Of a DNA stretch of 64,000 nucleotides, positions 1 through 13,520 are shown piece after piece. Within the stretch, counting starts at the first letter, position 1; each line of letters begins with the position of its first letter. The notes under the pieces are model-generated. The model saw nothing but the letters and a program-made list of their open reading frames with translations. It was not told the DNA's origin and ran no database searches. Source of the stretch: Camelus ferus (lineage: Eukaryota). The stretch is from positions 75,518,001-75,582,000 of the forward strand of contig NC_045696.1 of NCBI RefSeq assembly GCF_009834535.1, written 5' to 3'. Made by a program: the position numbers and the translations under genes.

Positions 1-101
1 AGGCAGGGGCCAAGTCTTACTCATCTTTGTTCCTCTAGTGCAGCTGAGCCAGGCACAAAGTAAACATTCATTGAAGATTTGCTAAATTAATAAGTGAATG
101 A
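1..101 (+). mobile_element. L2 LINE 3' end fragment
   Basis: aggcagggg..tcatctttgt..ccaggcacaaagtaaacattcattgaagatttgctaaattaataagtgaatga resembles the L2 3' terminus. Confidence 0.65.
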
Positions 102-2024
102 CCAGGTTATGTCTCTCCCCAGGCTTCTGTCTGATGCTTGAGGAGCACTGGAGGACTGGAGGAAATAGACTTAATTTTCTGTTCATCAAGTCAGGGCCAG
201 GATATAGGAAATGACTTTAATTATCAAGCAAAGTTTCCTATATCCTCACACTAATAATCCAGTATTGCATTGCTGTAATAGTCATAGATTAACTTTAAAA
301 GTGTTGTCTTGGATAATTAATTATTTAAGAGCCATCAGTTTACTCATCTTTAAAAGCTTATTAACAGCAAATATCCCGGATCTGCTTTTTATCTGATCCT
401 ATCATCATAGCAACCTTATAAATCAGCTCTCTGATGTGTCCTAACATTATGGCTAGGGCAAAAGCAGCAAAATGATCTTCTGATCATGACACAGGAAATC
501 AATGGCATAGTCAGGAGGTCATTCTTTCCCAAACGTCTCATTCACAGTCATGGATCATCTTTTAGTAAAAGAGGTATCAAATAAAGCAAGGGAAGTATGC
601 TTAAATATACCCAAGTGTGGTAATGTAGACACCTCAAGTAGCCCTGTACCCTCAGGGTACAGAATAAGGGCTTCTTGGTGAGGCTATAACTGGAAGCACT
701 GAACTTCAATATTGTCCCCAGGCCTTGTATTTAAAATGCATGCCATTGCTGCTTTGGACAGTTCTGAAAACCTGCTCCTACCATCAGATAGCGATGCCTT
801 TCCTTTGATTTGGTACCAAAGTTTAAGCTGAATTTTAATCACCTCCTTAATGCTTAACTTCACAGAAAAACAGACTGGGTATTAGGGATATCTTTCTGAT
901 GTTTTCAATGAACTAGAGGCACAGGCTTTGCTGTCATCTTCATCCAAGGACAAATTATAATTGGCTAGACTAGCAAATTGCTTTTTCTTATTGGAAACTG
1001 CCATTGCCACATTAGATTGAAAGTAAAATCCTTACTGTATGGATGTGATGTGGTTCTTCACCATGCAGCTGTAAGAGAAAAGTTGGTTTTCTAAACTAAT
1101 GTTTATAGAGATAATTCAGTTTGTGATACTGAGGGATATAAATTTGGGAAATTACTGGGAATGATTCAGCTTCCATTTTTTTCTTGAACTCTTGCAATTG
1201 CCGTTTTTTCTCCCTCCTTAAACATATGATGGTGCATCCATCTTGTTAGAAGCATCCTCAGAGGATATAAATGAGCAGTCTTCCTTAAGAGGAAGGTGAG
1301 AATTGAAAGGAGGAATATACCATCATCACAAACATTTCCCCCAGATGACAGACATGGGACTTCATATTGGTATCATTAATCATGTGCGGCCCTGTGACTG
1401 TCTGCCACACAGCTCTCAACTAGACACACTTCTATGTGTCTGTGAGGCTCATTTCTGGATGTTAACGATAGTTGGGTCTGGCTTTACTTTAGTGGAAACT
1501 CAGTGTAATGAATGGGGGTCTGTGGCTAGTCTGAACATAGGACACTCAGGATTATATCTTCATTAAAAAACAAGGTATTACACATTTCAGAAGCAGAATA
1601 AAAATGTTCTTCCAGTGCAATCAGACATTCTATGCCTAGCTGAAAGCAATTGGTTAACTTTAATACACCAGTGGGGGTGAAACTTTGAACATCTATTTTT
1701 TTTATAGTCTAGTTTTATAGTCGGATCCTTTCAGAACTCTTTACTCTCTTCTGTATCTGTACCACAGGTAAGCCTTATAAACAGGCATCATGGTACAGCA
1801 GACACAGCAGATTTTGGAAGCAGATTATCTGGGCAAATTAGGCTCTACTAAGGTAGTGACAAAATTGTGTGGCTAATGGGTATTTCCCATGGCACTCCAC
1901 TTTCACCAAAATCTAAGGACAATCTTGTCCTCAAAGGAATTATATTAAGTTCAATATTCAGATATCTTAACACAATGCCATTCTAAGATCTTGGGTTCCA
2001 GTTTCTCTAACTCTTCCCTCTTAT

Positions 2025-2225
2025 GGAGTAGACTTTGAAGTCAGCCTGTTGGGATTTTGATCAGGGCCTCACCACCTACTACTGTGTGGCCTTGGACAAG
2101 TTACTTGGCCTCAGTTGCCTTATCTCTAAAATGGAGATAATAGTGATTTTGTGATGATTACATAATACCTGCTAAATACTTAACACAGTGCCTGGCACGT
2201 AATAAGGGCTCAAAAACACTCACTA
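2025..2225 (+). mobile_element. MIR SINE
   Basis: Core tgtgtggccttggacaagttactt..cctcagtt..tctctaaaatggagataatag and tail acacagtgcctggcacgtaataag. Confidence 0.85.
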
Positions 2226-2549
2226 GACAGGCTCTGAGACAAAGGCTGTGTGTGTGTATGCACACATGTGTGTTTAGGGGGTGGGTTATAAATTCCTGTA
2301 ATTTGTGAAATTGGATGATCAATAACTTAGGGTACTTTTGTGGTAAGGACAGATTATTTTAGTGAAAAGCTAGGCACTTCTGAAAGAATCATCTAAAGTG
2401 TGAAACTGTTAGGCTTTGGGAAGATATGCGAAGATTATAACACCAATTCACTGAGTACTGAAATGGTTGAAGGTTGCTCTGTTCATCAATTACATAGTCA
2501 TTTACTGTAAGCATAGATGTGGATAAAGCAGTGTGATAATTTACTAACC

Positions 2550-2683
2550 TGTCTGATTGAGGATGAGCTCCTTGAGAGAAGGAACGTAGCTTATTTGTCT
2601 TTGAATTTCCAATGTTGACCTAATGCCTGGCTTGGAGTAGGTGCTCAATAAAAGTTTGTTAAATGAAGAAAGAAAGAATAAAT
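2550..2683 (+). mobile_element. L2 3' end fragment
   Basis: tgagctccttgagag..tgcctggcttggagtaggtgctcaataaaagtttgttaaatgaa. Confidence 0.75.
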
Positions 2684-3809
2684 GGGTCCCTTAAAGGAGG
2701 CATTTCCTAAAAGTCAGGTGGAAGTAGCAGAGTGGCAAGTTTTGTTCTACTCTGCATGAACTTATTCTGTTGATACCATGGAGGGACCCAGGGCTTTTTT
2801 GAGGTTCCAATTTAGGGAGAAGCTGACAACTTTGAGTTTGTGAGCAGAGATACTCTTCTGATTTGGAAATAAGTCATATAACAAACCTAGAAATGGAATA
2901 TGGTTATACAAAGATCTAAAGCCTTATTATACCATTGCTAGTTACATGTTTCCCAGTATGAGTTTGTGTTTCCTTTCTGGTAATGATTAATCCACAGAGC
3001 TAATGGGGATACCTGTTACTGCTTGGTGTTGCCAGATCCTTGTGTTGTCTTTAGAGTCATCAACTCATTTTCTTAATAAATCATTATCCCTTGCAGAGGA
3101 GAGTTTAAGATTGAGTACATGATAGTGCCTGAATTTCTCAATAAATAGAGTAGAATTACTTCAGGAGAGAAATTATAGGCAGGATGGCAACACTTGTGAG
3201 CAACAGTTTAAAGAAGTTGAAGCTCCTTTGGGTATTGATAAGATGGTGCTGGGCTGAAAATCAGTGGTTTTTCATGCTGCCTGGTCAGGGGAAGTGTTAA
3301 GGAGCTATTTGTATATATAAATATCTTAAATTGCCCCAATCTATCTCCCTAATGTTGAAACAATGATGTTAATGGACCAGTGTGAGATGGCACAGAACTT
3401 TCTGACTTTCAGAAAGTTTCTTGTCCTCTAGAGATAGAGGTACTTTAGGAATTCTGTGCTAAGTCTAACATGATAATGAGAACCACTTCAAATGGAGTGT
3501 GCTGATACAGGTCATGGAAATAAAATTAGGATTTATGAATGCATAATGGTGCAAAAACTCATGAGTGATGAACTGGAAAATTTTCCATGTATTTCTCTTT
3601 TTGAGATCATGTAGCTTTCTTTGTCCCTTTTAGGTTTAAGTTCAACTTAATGATGGCCTTAGTTAACTAGAGCTGGTCCAATAATTCAGAGATCAAGAAC
3701 AATGGGTACTTTTTACTGACGGTGATCACATTTAAAACCTATGAAGTCCCTCCTCTCTTCTTTCTAATAATGGAAACTTCTATTTCCTGCTGGAAAGGTT
3801 AAGGCCTAT

Positions 3810-3925
3810 TTGGATAAACCTCCACTTCACAGTTTGTACTATTTTCTCATCTGTAAGATGAGAGGGCTGGACAGGTGATTACCTAATGTCCTTAGCTCTA
3901 ATATTCTGAGGGTCTAGGATTCTAT
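3810..3925 (+). mobile_element. MIR3-like SINE 3' fragment
   Basis: ttttctcatctgtaagatgagagggctggac..agctctaatattctg. Confidence 0.6.
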
Positions 3926-5814
3926 GTCCCAAGAAGCTTAATATTCAAGGATATCTGAAGAACACATGTTTAAAATAAGGAAAATATGCATTGGCATGAT
4001 CACTTTTATCACAGTCTTTATTAATGGATTGATTGAGTTATAATTAGACTGTAAGACCATATTCTTCCGATAAGTCGGTGCTTTCTGTTGCCTCTGGTTC
4101 TCCTGACAGTATACTGGCCATCTTGATTAATATTGGCACAGTCAGCTTGGGACATGTCAAAGGGAAGTACCTTGAAGTTCTCCTCTCTCACCCCACCTTG
4201 AAGCTCCTGCTGTCCTTGTCTTTGCTGTGCAGTTTCCTGATTGACTGTTCCAGAATCTAAGCCTAATTGTCAGATGAGTGCAGTTTCACAAACCTATTCT
4301 TCACCAAGTGTATTGTGATTTACATCGTTTGGGTCCACTCCATTTAAATCACTGTGTCATAAAATCTGAAGGCTGGAAGTTAACAGGGAGACATATTGTG
4401 ATACCTTAATTCTCTGAGAGTTTCTGCTAAATCATGTGGCATGTGGATCAGGGATGCAGATTCAGATGCCTCACCACAGGCACATATTTCAGTTGGACCC
4501 TCACCAACTGAAAGGGACTAACACCCCATACCCAGGTGTTCTTTGGACTGGGTCTGTGCAGCCAGCTGGGAGAGTAGGCCTAGTTATTGTGTAGCTAGGT
4601 GAGTCTCTCCCCCAGAATCAGTGGGGCCTGCAACCCTCAGAGGAGCTTCCTTGTATTCCTCTCTCAGAGAGGGATTAGAGATTGGAATGGGAAAATAAAG
4701 GCTAACGTGTAATCTTGTGAGAACGTCAGTCAAGTCTTGTGAAGAAGGTATACTTGAGCTACACTGAAATCTGCACTGAAAATCATCCAAAGTGGCTCTC
4801 TTGTGCAAATCAGGCATTCAGCTGATGACTAACACATTTTGGATGAGGCAACAAAGGACAAAATATAGATATTACTGTCCCAAGGCATTGATTTCACTTA
4901 AAGTGACAAAATCTAAAAATTTAGTAGAAGGTGCTATCCTGTGAAAAGGAAATACAACTTCTGAGTATCCCTCAAGAAGACAGAAATAAAGCATACCATT
5001 TTCAGTTATGGACTCTTGGTTATGATTTCATGAATAGTAGATAACATATAGCCAGGACTGTCTTGGCAAGCTGTCCTAAGTGAGGCAATATGTACATGTA
5101 ATTTTAATGTGTTTGAACACAAAGATGGAAGAAGAAAATACAGCAGGCAACACTTTTAACCACATTTTCCTTTTTCTTTTTGCAAAGAAAATGTATTTTT
5201 TAATATGAAGCAGAATCTAATTATGCACAGTGCTTCTATAAAGTAGTGAAAAGCAGTCTTTACAATGGTGATGAAGATATATGTGTCAAAGTGTAGTCAA
5301 ACATGACAGCTATTAAATGCTTGGTTGGAGAAAGATCTTTAATTACACAGGACATTAGATACAGTTGGATTGAGAAGAATTATTCGCCAAGTCAACAAAA
5401 TTATTCTCGAGGTTAGATCCTTGTTGTACCAGTGAACAGAATTAAGGGGTACATTTTCAGCCACATTCAAACTTCAGGCACCACCAGGTTAGACCTTCTT
5501 TGCTGTCCCCCATGATCACTGGCTGTGCCTTCTTGAAAGGGACATTCTCATAGTCACTAAGGTTTTGGGGAGTGTGGGCTATCAGAAATGTTACTGATAC
5601 TTAAAAACAAAGAGATCCCAGAGGCTTTTTACACAGGAGGAATAGTAGATAGTACAGAAGCAAGCAATATGGAAAAAGCAAGAGACGGCAAGGTCTGGAA
5701 GGGCCCCAAGTCTCAGACTCTGGGGCCAGAATTCTCTCTTTGGGAAGGGATTGGCAAGAGCAAAGCAGCCCTCCAGGCTTGGGTGCTCTGGGATAATTAT
5801 GGGGTGGGTCAGGA

Positions 5815-6152
5815 GTAATAGTAGCAGCTAAAGTATATTGCATGTCTATTGTGTGCTCAGCACTGTACACACACCTCACTTCATCTTCATAGTGACCTGA
5901 TGGGGTAAATATGAGTATTTTTCCCATTCTACATGTCAGGAGAGGTTAGGTAATTTGTTCAACGTAGCTAAATTAGGAAGGAATTTAAAGTTTAACCACC
6001 TGAGTTTGCTCTTGACTGATGGATTTCCTTGGCCACTGGACTTTTGATGCTAAAATCAGGATAGTCCTAAGCAAACCACAATAGTTGTTTACCCTAAATA
6101 TGATGGTACCAGAGCCTGAGATATTAATCCTTATGCTTCTTACTGCCTTCCC
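5815..6152 (-). mobile_element. MIR SINE interrupted by a MER81-like element
   Basis: Antisense MIR (cccattctaca..agaggttaggtaatttgttcaa) stops at ~5985 and resumes at ~6097 (ccagagcctgag..tactgccttccc). Confidence 0.7.
5986..6096 (-). mobile_element. MER81-like hAT-Blackjack MITE
   Basis: The reverse complement tagggtaaacaact..ggtttgcttaggactatcctgattttagcatcaaaagtcc.. matches the recalled MER81 layout; 111 bp. Confidence 0.7.
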
Positions 6153-6769
6153 AAGGGAAGGGGTTCAGGTTCAGGGCAACAAGGCAATGGATCCAAATGA
6201 CAAGAACCTGGTACAAAGAGAGGTTTTGTCTTGGGAATAAGGCTCAGCTACAGTGCTGAGCAGAACAACCAGCAGAGTGAACTTAATGGTGAATCACCTT
6301 CTAAGGAAGGTAAGAGTGGCCCCAGAGCTTTAGAGGGGAAGGGGAGAGTTTGTAGTTCTGGTCAAGAAACCACAGGTGAGGAGAGGCTCCTACAGCAGGA
6401 GCAGGCTTCTGCAGATGACTTCCTAGTCAGAGACATTTGGAGGCAATGGAAGTATTAACGTCCATGATTTATTCTGAACATCACCTCTGACACTAATACT
6501 ATATAAAAAATCGATGATGATCAAAAGAAATGGGATTTTACTGGAACGCCCTTTTGCAGGGCTTCTGCATCCCTGGGAGTGACCCTGCTAAGTCCCCCTG
6601 TTGTGCTCACAGTCTCAGGAGAGGGCAGCTGCTAGATTGATGCTTGTGGGCCCCGTCTAGCACTCCGGCTGCTGCTTAGAATAGAGCCTGGGCAGGAGGG
6701 AGATCCCTGAGTTTGTTTTTTGTTCACTCTTTGAACTCCTTCACCTATGTTCTTTGTTTGGTGCTTTGA

Positions 6770-7008
6770 GAATGTATGGTGAAGCAAAAACTGGATAGAA
6801 TTTGGGCTCAGCTGGTTCTGTCTCTGATTGTTGACTCTGGCACTTATAGCTGCATACCCTGAGAAGTTGACTTCCATGAATCTTGGCTTTTTCCATTGTA
6901 AAATGGGAATTTAAGGCAATACATGGCTATTTTAAAGATTAGAAATAATGTATGTTAAAGTGTGTAGCACATGCTAAATATTCAACAAATGGGACCTGTT
7001 ATATTACT
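6770..7008 (+). mobile_element. MIR SINE
   Basis: ctctggcacttatagctg..ttccattgtaaaatgggaat..aagattagaaataatgtatgttaaagtg..ttcaacaaatgg. Confidence 0.75.
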
Positions 7009-7476
7009 GTAGATCCAGACCCCCAGAGTTCAAAATGGAGGCTTGGAATCTTCAGTTTTTAAATGAAAACTACCTTCCTGTGTTGGAGTTATCATTTTAG
7101 CTCAAGGATGACACCTTGTGGAATTCTCAGACAACTTGGGACTTATTTCCTGGTTTCCTTATGTTACTAAATTTCTGGAGGCTGACCCAGTAATTCAGAT
7201 CAAGGAAAACCTACCAGCTACTTAAGTCAAAGAAGAATGGGCAGAGCAAAAGGAGGTTAATTTAATTTTTTGGAACTATTTTGGGAGATTATTTCAGAAT
7301 TTAATTTTAATTTATTTGGTTATTTATTTATTTAGCATTTTCCCAGAAAGAATATTATCTGAAATTGAGTCTTAAAAATTATTTTAAGCCTGTCTTAAGT
7401 CTTTGTCTATTTGCTTTCCCTGACCAGTTCTGCACTCAAAGACCACCCATCTGAGGACTCCTGTATCACTTACAGG

Positions 7477-7617
7477 CAAGAGCAGCTACATAATTTGTGG
7501 GGTCCAGTTTAAAATGAATTAGATCCTTTGTTCAAAAATCATTAAGAATTTCAAAATGGCGGCAGCAGTGCATTAAACCAAGAGTGGACCCTTCTAAACA
7601 TGGGCTCTGTATGACTG
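7477..7617 (-). mobile_element. MER45A-like hAT-Tip100 MITE
   Basis: gctacataatttgtggggtccag..ttgttcaaaaatcattaagaatttcaaaatggcggcagcagtgcattaaacca is the reverse complement of the recalled MER45A. Confidence 0.8.
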
Positions 7618-8459
7618 TCTCTTATTAAGTACTTTTTAAAATATGTACCTATCTCATTAGAATAAAAATTCTTTGCTAGCAGAAACAAAATACCTTTTTT
7701 TTTCTTTCTTACCTTTATTCGAATTTCTGAGATCATTTTCTCACCTTAAAGCTCCCACATTAGAAATAAAACAACAGTTTAGGCAGACATTCTACTTAGG
7801 TAGCACTTCTGTATAGATGATGTTTGGAGAAGACAGTCTGGCTATGGCGGAGTTGTTAAATGATGGATGATCTGTCTTGAAGTTGCCTTAGCATAATGAG
7901 CATTCTGCTTTTACTTACATTTGTGGTTATTTGAGGGAGAGGTTTGGGGGGGTAACTGATGTAGGTTATGGGGGAGCTAAATTATCCACACACTATCCCT
8001 TGTTTCGATTCACATTCACCAGTGCAGAGCTCGGTTTTACCTTGAACAATATTGCTCTAGATGATTTGTGGATTCAGACTTTCTGGAAGAGAATCGAAGA
8101 CCAGTTCTTGGAAGGGACAGCAGTGGTGGAGATGGTTCAATAGATGCATTGACCTTGGTTCATAATGACCATTTAATTCGAGTTAAAATTACTTAGGATT
8201 TTGATAGGATCACTTATCATTGTGCTTAGAGCATAACAAATGGTAAATAACTATTGACTCAGTGGAGACAGGCATCTCCAAATGGTTGATCGTGACTGTT
8301 TGGTCAATTGAAAACCTGGATTTCATTGATTATGGCTGTTCTCCAGCCCTGAGCTGGCAGCATTGTGAGAAGAGCCACACTATGTGTCTTGAAGCAGATA
8401 ATTTCAAATGGTAGACACCAAGGGCATTCACCTTTCTCTCCTCAGTTTTCCTTAGTTCT

Positions 8460-8650
8460 AGCTTATCCTTCATGCTCCTATAACTCTGAATGGCTAGGAT
8501 ATAGCTCCCAGGATGCTTTAACTTCTTTCTCACCTCCAGACCTTTGCCTGGGTTGTCTCCTTTGCCTGAGTTTCCCTCGCACAGTCCCATCCTCCTGGCT
8601 GACACTTGCCCATCCTTAAAGGCAAAGTGCAAACATCATCTTCTAGTTCA
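8460..8650 (+). mobile_element. L2 internal fragment
   Basis: acctccagacctttgcctgggttgtctcctttgcctgag..cctggctgac..catccttaaagg. Confidence 0.55.
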
Positions 8651-9389
8651 CTTATTGTCATAATTATTATTACAGAAGGAAACATTTCACTTACTGTCTC
8701 TCCTTATATGTAGTACTGGGATAATACACTTTTCCATCAGTTCTTGTAACTTTTTTTCCTGATGAGCTGTAGAAATAATATTAAAGAAAAGGAAAATGAA
8801 ATGATTTCGACAGAGACTAAAATGAATTTAATACCATTTTTTCCTAGAATCAAGTGAACGATCAAATGAAAGAATTTTATTGAAGATGTTTAAAGATCCT
8901 TCCAACTAGAAACTGTGATTCTAAGTTGCCCAAATGACCTGATTTTATGTAAAATGCTTTTATGTTGTGGCCATTATTTAATGTTGTATGCATTTACTTA
9001 ACTACACAAAGGCTTAAAGAGTATTATGTGCACACTAGGAATTATAACTATTGCCAGAAGAGGTGCAGTGAACTGCATCCTGGCAAAGAGGGTATCTTTA
9101 TGGTGTCCACCAACATGCCCATCTGCAGCACTTCTGTAATCAAAACGATATAGCCAGGAGCATGGGAAAATGCATTTGTACCACAGTCTAGGTGGAGCCG
9201 TCCTTAGAATATTGGAAATCAAGGCAAATATCCTTGCCTTTTTGGAGGTCCCTGGCTGCTGTAAGTCCAAGGTGGCTGCAATGACTTGGTAAGATGAGGA
9301 AAAAGAGGTAATGTAAGGTTTTAAATGCAGTCTTGTGTGTAAATATGTATAACCTGTGTTCCATGTACATAAAAGACCTTAATTTTTTT

Positions 9390-9790
9390 TTGAAATCAAG
9401 GTGGCAAGTTCAAAAGAGTTTAACTGCAGATAGCTTCCTGAAGTCTGTTTACAGAGACCTGGGCAGACTCTAAGGATCCAATAAGGGATGATGACATACT
9501 CAAGGTCTAGCAAGAGTGACACATTCTTCCTCCCTGTGTCTAAGAGTAGAGAGGCAAGAGCCAGAGTGGCTATGAAAGAGGGATTGCCATCAGAAGCTAC
9601 AGCCAGAGAGGCAGAGAAGAGCAAGAGTAATAAATACCCTGACCTTTCTGTCTCCAGCCTTTCCCTGCACCTTTCATTGGCCAATCCTAACCAGGAAGCC
9701 AGAAGCAAAGGAGACCAGGGATTCAGTTATTAGGAGTCAGACTCAGAACAGGACAGAGAAGTGTGGAGAATGGATAGGGTGCAGGAGCAG
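9390..9790 (-). mobile_element. Ancient ERVL LTR, LTR33-like
   Basis: aaataccctgacct..cattggccaatcctaaccaggaagccagaagcaaaggagac..ggagaatggat resembles antisense LTR33. Confidence 0.6.
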
Positions 9791-9949
9791 GTGGTGCTGT
9801 GAAGTAGCCCATAAGCAGCAGTGGACTGCTGATGGATCAGCCCTTGACAGTTGCATAGATTCAGCTGGTAAGGAGGCAAGGAACCCAGATGAGCTTAGAC
9901 AGTTGATCACATGAACTTCATATTTACATCCATTCTCCTTGCCCCCCAA

Positions 9950-10245
9950 GTTCCGTGGGGGCCATGTGGAGATGAAAACGGGTAGATACTGTGCACACAG
10001 TGAGCTGTGCCAACGCTGAGGAACGCTGAGCTTAGCAAACTCCTCAGAGGGATGCCAGCAAACATGCCCAAGCCTTGTCCCTGGGGGAGGACATTATCCT
10101 GGTCAGAAACAAGTCTTCTCTCTGCCCTGGAGGGGGATACTATCTCTACCTTCCAAGGCTATTTGTTATGCATACATCCTTGAAATGATCATCCTGTACA
10201 AAAGCTATCACAAGATTGCTAGAAATGCTGTGGAGAATTGCATTG
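9950..10245 (-). mobile_element. ERVL LTR fragment, MER54/MER74-like
   Basis: tatctctaccttccaaggctatttgttatgcatacatccttgaaatgat..aaaagctatcacaaga motif; subfamily and strand uncertain. Confidence 0.45.
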
Positions 10246-11289
10246 CCTCCCATCCAGTGGAAACGGAGATTAATCAGCACTGGTATGAAGACATTTAATA
10301 TTTACATAATCTGCAGGTGGGCCTGGATGTCTGACTTTGCTCTCAGCTCCACCCTCTTCCACACTCAGGCCTAAAGCTGTCTATGTGCCATAGTCCTCTT
10401 CTTTTCCTTACAAGTGTGCTTTTGCTGTTGATTTTTTTTTTGAAACCACATTTTACATGGAGTAAGGAAGGAGTACATCTTAGTGAACACAACTGACTTT
10501 AGCTTAGACAAATGGAGGTCATCCAGCATATTATTATGTAGGTCTGTAACGAAAAACTGACAAAATGTTAAGAATGTAGTCTAGACCTCAGCTAGACTAC
10601 TGAGTGGGGTATTACTATGGTTAATAACCTGATAGAGGAAGGAAAGTTGCGTGGTATGATTTGCCCCTAGCTCCCTGCAACCCTCCATGTTTCTTAGGAC
10701 AGTCTTGAACTCTTCTAGACAATGGTTAAGACGCAGAAGACTTCACTGGTGTTGAAAAGTACTGGCAGCAGGAAATGATGGCAAAATTCCCCCATGTCTT
10801 AGCATAAGCTACTGTCTGTCTGTTCCTTCTAGCCAGGCATTTATGCTGACTCATCCCCAATTTGCAGGTGCTTCCCAAGGCTCAAAGGAAAGAGAGGTCC
10901 CTGAGGGATTCTTATTCAAGTGTTCTAGTTTGGATTAGTGTTTGGGGAATAAATACACATTTTCAAAACCTTGTGGATTCAGTGAAGTAATACAGCACAC
11001 ATTTGTTCAGTATCTAATTTGTAGATTGCTTAGAGGAATTTATGAGAAATAGTACCTGGGGATCTGAGACCAGATAAATCACTGCAACTCTTTTCATAAT
11101 GTGAACCTCTGTGGGCCAAATATGATGACAGGTTGGTGTGTATTTGTTCAGTATTATTAATGATTTGTAAATCCTGAACTTCTTAAGTGCCATAGTTAAT
11201 ATTTAATGAAATACTTTTTCCTAAGACAGGTGTAAATTAATGACAAAGAGCAAAATAGTATAGTAGATAAATATTTATTAAAGTAGAAA

Positions 11290-11923
11290 TGATGCAGGAA
11301 AAATGGATGTGGGGTGTGAGGAGGATTGTGTCCCAGGTTGCAGCTGAGCCCCTGGGACGCACCCCACCAACTGTGGGTCCTTAGCTTCGTGCAGGAGAGA
11401 ATTCAAGAGTGAGCCACAGGTGAGTAAAGGTAGATTTATTTAGAAAGATACATCAAAAGGCAACAGAAAGGCATGAGGTGTGGGGGTTGGCTGCTCAGAT
11501 TAGAGTAAAAGTAGGTACACACTCCATAGACAGAGTGGGGGCCATTTCCAAAGAGGGAGAGAGTGAGGGCAGCAGCCAAGCCATGTTGCCAGTTTTTCTG
11601 GGCTCGGTAGCTTTATATCTTAATAAGTGGAAGGACCAGTCTAACTAGTCTGGGGAAAGGGCTGGGATTCCCAGGAAGTTGGCCATTTCCCACTCTTTGA
11701 CCTTTTGTGGCTAGCCTTGGGACTGTCTTGGTGCCTGTGGGCATGTTATTCACCATGCTGCTGTATTACAATGGGCGTATGATGAAGCCCACGGATTATT
11801 AGACTTCAAATCTCCCTCCATCTTGAGCCTCAAGGCCTCCTGGGGGTTGAATCTTTTGCTATTCCTTGTGTTAATTGTTGTGTTATTCCTTGAATGGCTG
11901 TCTCCTGCCCACTTCCTATCTCA
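11290..11923 (-). mobile_element. ERV1-class solo LTR, lineage-specific and intact
   Basis: TG..CA termini and 4-bp TSD GAAA (11286-11289, 11924-11927). Minus strand begins TGAGATAGGAAG, with AATAAA on minus at ~11436-11441. 634 bp. Confidence 0.85.
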
Positions 11924-12934
11924 GAAAGACTTTTAAGTTACATAAAACCAGATAGATGGAAATATGCTACTTTTGCATAATTGTGGATAGACACAGGTCA
12001 ATGAGAGTAAGCTCAAGATTGGAGACTGCACAGATTTTCTGATAAGATCCCCCAGCCTGCCTTCCTGGCCTTATATCCAACCACTTTTCACCACCTTCTG
12101 CACACACGCACTACTCTGTCTCTCTCTATTTCAAGGTCCCAGCCTAGACAGTGTCATCGCTTGTACTCCTCTGAATTATTGCACATCTGAACTTCCCTGT
12201 CCCCTTTTTCTTACATACAAGCCCATCCCTCAAAGCCCAGCACATAGTAAAAAATTAATACATGTTTGCTGAATGAGCCAATTCATGCATTTATTTGAGC
12301 TATAATGATTTTTGTAGGCATGTAGGCGGAGCTGTTGGATAGCATTCTTGTCTTGGGAAGCTTGAGGCTGGTTCCCCAAAAAAGATCATTTATACTTTTG
12401 CATAAAAGGATGTTATGACATTCTACACAAATTGTATATGTCTGTCATAGTGGGAGAAGGAATTTCACTTCCCCCAGCTATTTGATAAACAGTGATTGAG
12501 TGAGTAAATGTATCATTTGAGAAATTATTTTTCTCCCTCTGTGTCTCGTATATGATGTTATGGCTAAAAAATATATATATATTCTTATCTGTAAATGAGT
12601 AGCATTGCCTCTGCTGTGAATATTCCATTAGTGACTTGAATGAGAGATCTGAAATCTAATATTAAAGGATTTTTTTGAGATACTTTACTAAAATTCTGCT
12701 CAATGTTTCTCCTACCCTCAAAAACTTAATTATAATCTATAAATGAAATATTTATTGATTTTTCAATATTTCTTTTTTCCTTATATAAATTTATATCAAT
12801 ATTTCAAATAAAAGCAAAAAAAAAAAAAAAGGAACTGATAACCTATCTCACATCATCTTTCCTCATAGAACTTAGGTCTGAAGGAGGATCTGAATGTGGT
12901 CCCAGCTCCAGGTCAAAATCGTTCTGGACTGTAT

Positions 12935-13015
12935 TCCAGTCCAAAGCTTCTTGAACATTATGTTCATATAAATCACTTGGGCATGGTGTTAAAATGCAGC
13001 TTCTGGAGTGAAGCC
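12935..13015. mobile_element. MER5-like hAT-Charlie fragment
   Basis: aatcacttgggcatggtgttaaaatgcagcttctgg. Confidence 0.45.
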
Positions 13016-13112
13016 CACGCTCAGGTTTATTCTTAAAGACACTCAGGAAATACCTTTTTCCAGCTTCTTTTTCTTCAACTGGTTGGAAAGGAAACTGAAG
13101 GAGACAGTGGGA

Positions 13113-13301
13113 TAGGATTGCTAGATTAAATACAGGACATCTAGGTAAATCGAATTTCAGCTAAACAGCAAATACTTTGTTGGTATAAGCATGTCTCAAA
13201 TATCGCATGGCATAACTTTATACTAAAAAGATTGTTGTTTATCTGAAATTCGAATTTAACCTGGCATCCTGTATTTATATATACTAAGTCTGACAACCGT
13301 A
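13113..13301. mobile_element. MER53 palindromic hAT MITE
   Basis: TIRs taggattgctagat..tctgacaaccgta and internal inverted arms gaatttcagctaaaca / tgtttatctgaaattc. Confidence 0.88.
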
Positions 13302-13329
13302 AATAGGCATAAAGACAGAAAATCTTGGC

Positions 13330-13520
13330 CCTGGCATTAGGACTGAGCTGACTTTGAGTCCTGGCTTGTCATTTGCTAGCTGTGTAAATGAGGCAGTTTT
13401 AGGACCCAGAACTTCTGTTTCCTCATCTATAAAAGAAGAGATAAGAACACTTGCCATGTGGGGTTGTTGTGAAGATTACGTGAGTCGATGTGTGTCAGGT
13501 GCTAGGGCCGTGGCAGGCGA
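13330..13520 (+). mobile_element. MIR SINE
   Basis: tttgagtcctggct..gctagctgtgt..ctgtttcctcatctataaaa..gggttgttgtgaagatta. Confidence 0.75.

Noticed and set aside
644..662. Interrupted palindrome ctgtaccct-c-agggtacag
   Set aside because: 9-bp arms are expected by chance in 64 kb.
7931..8195. Coding-looking stretch (DDLWIQTFWKRIEDQFLEGT.. or FVDSDFLEENRRPVLG..)
   Set aside because: No recognisable protein and no convincing splice-site pair.
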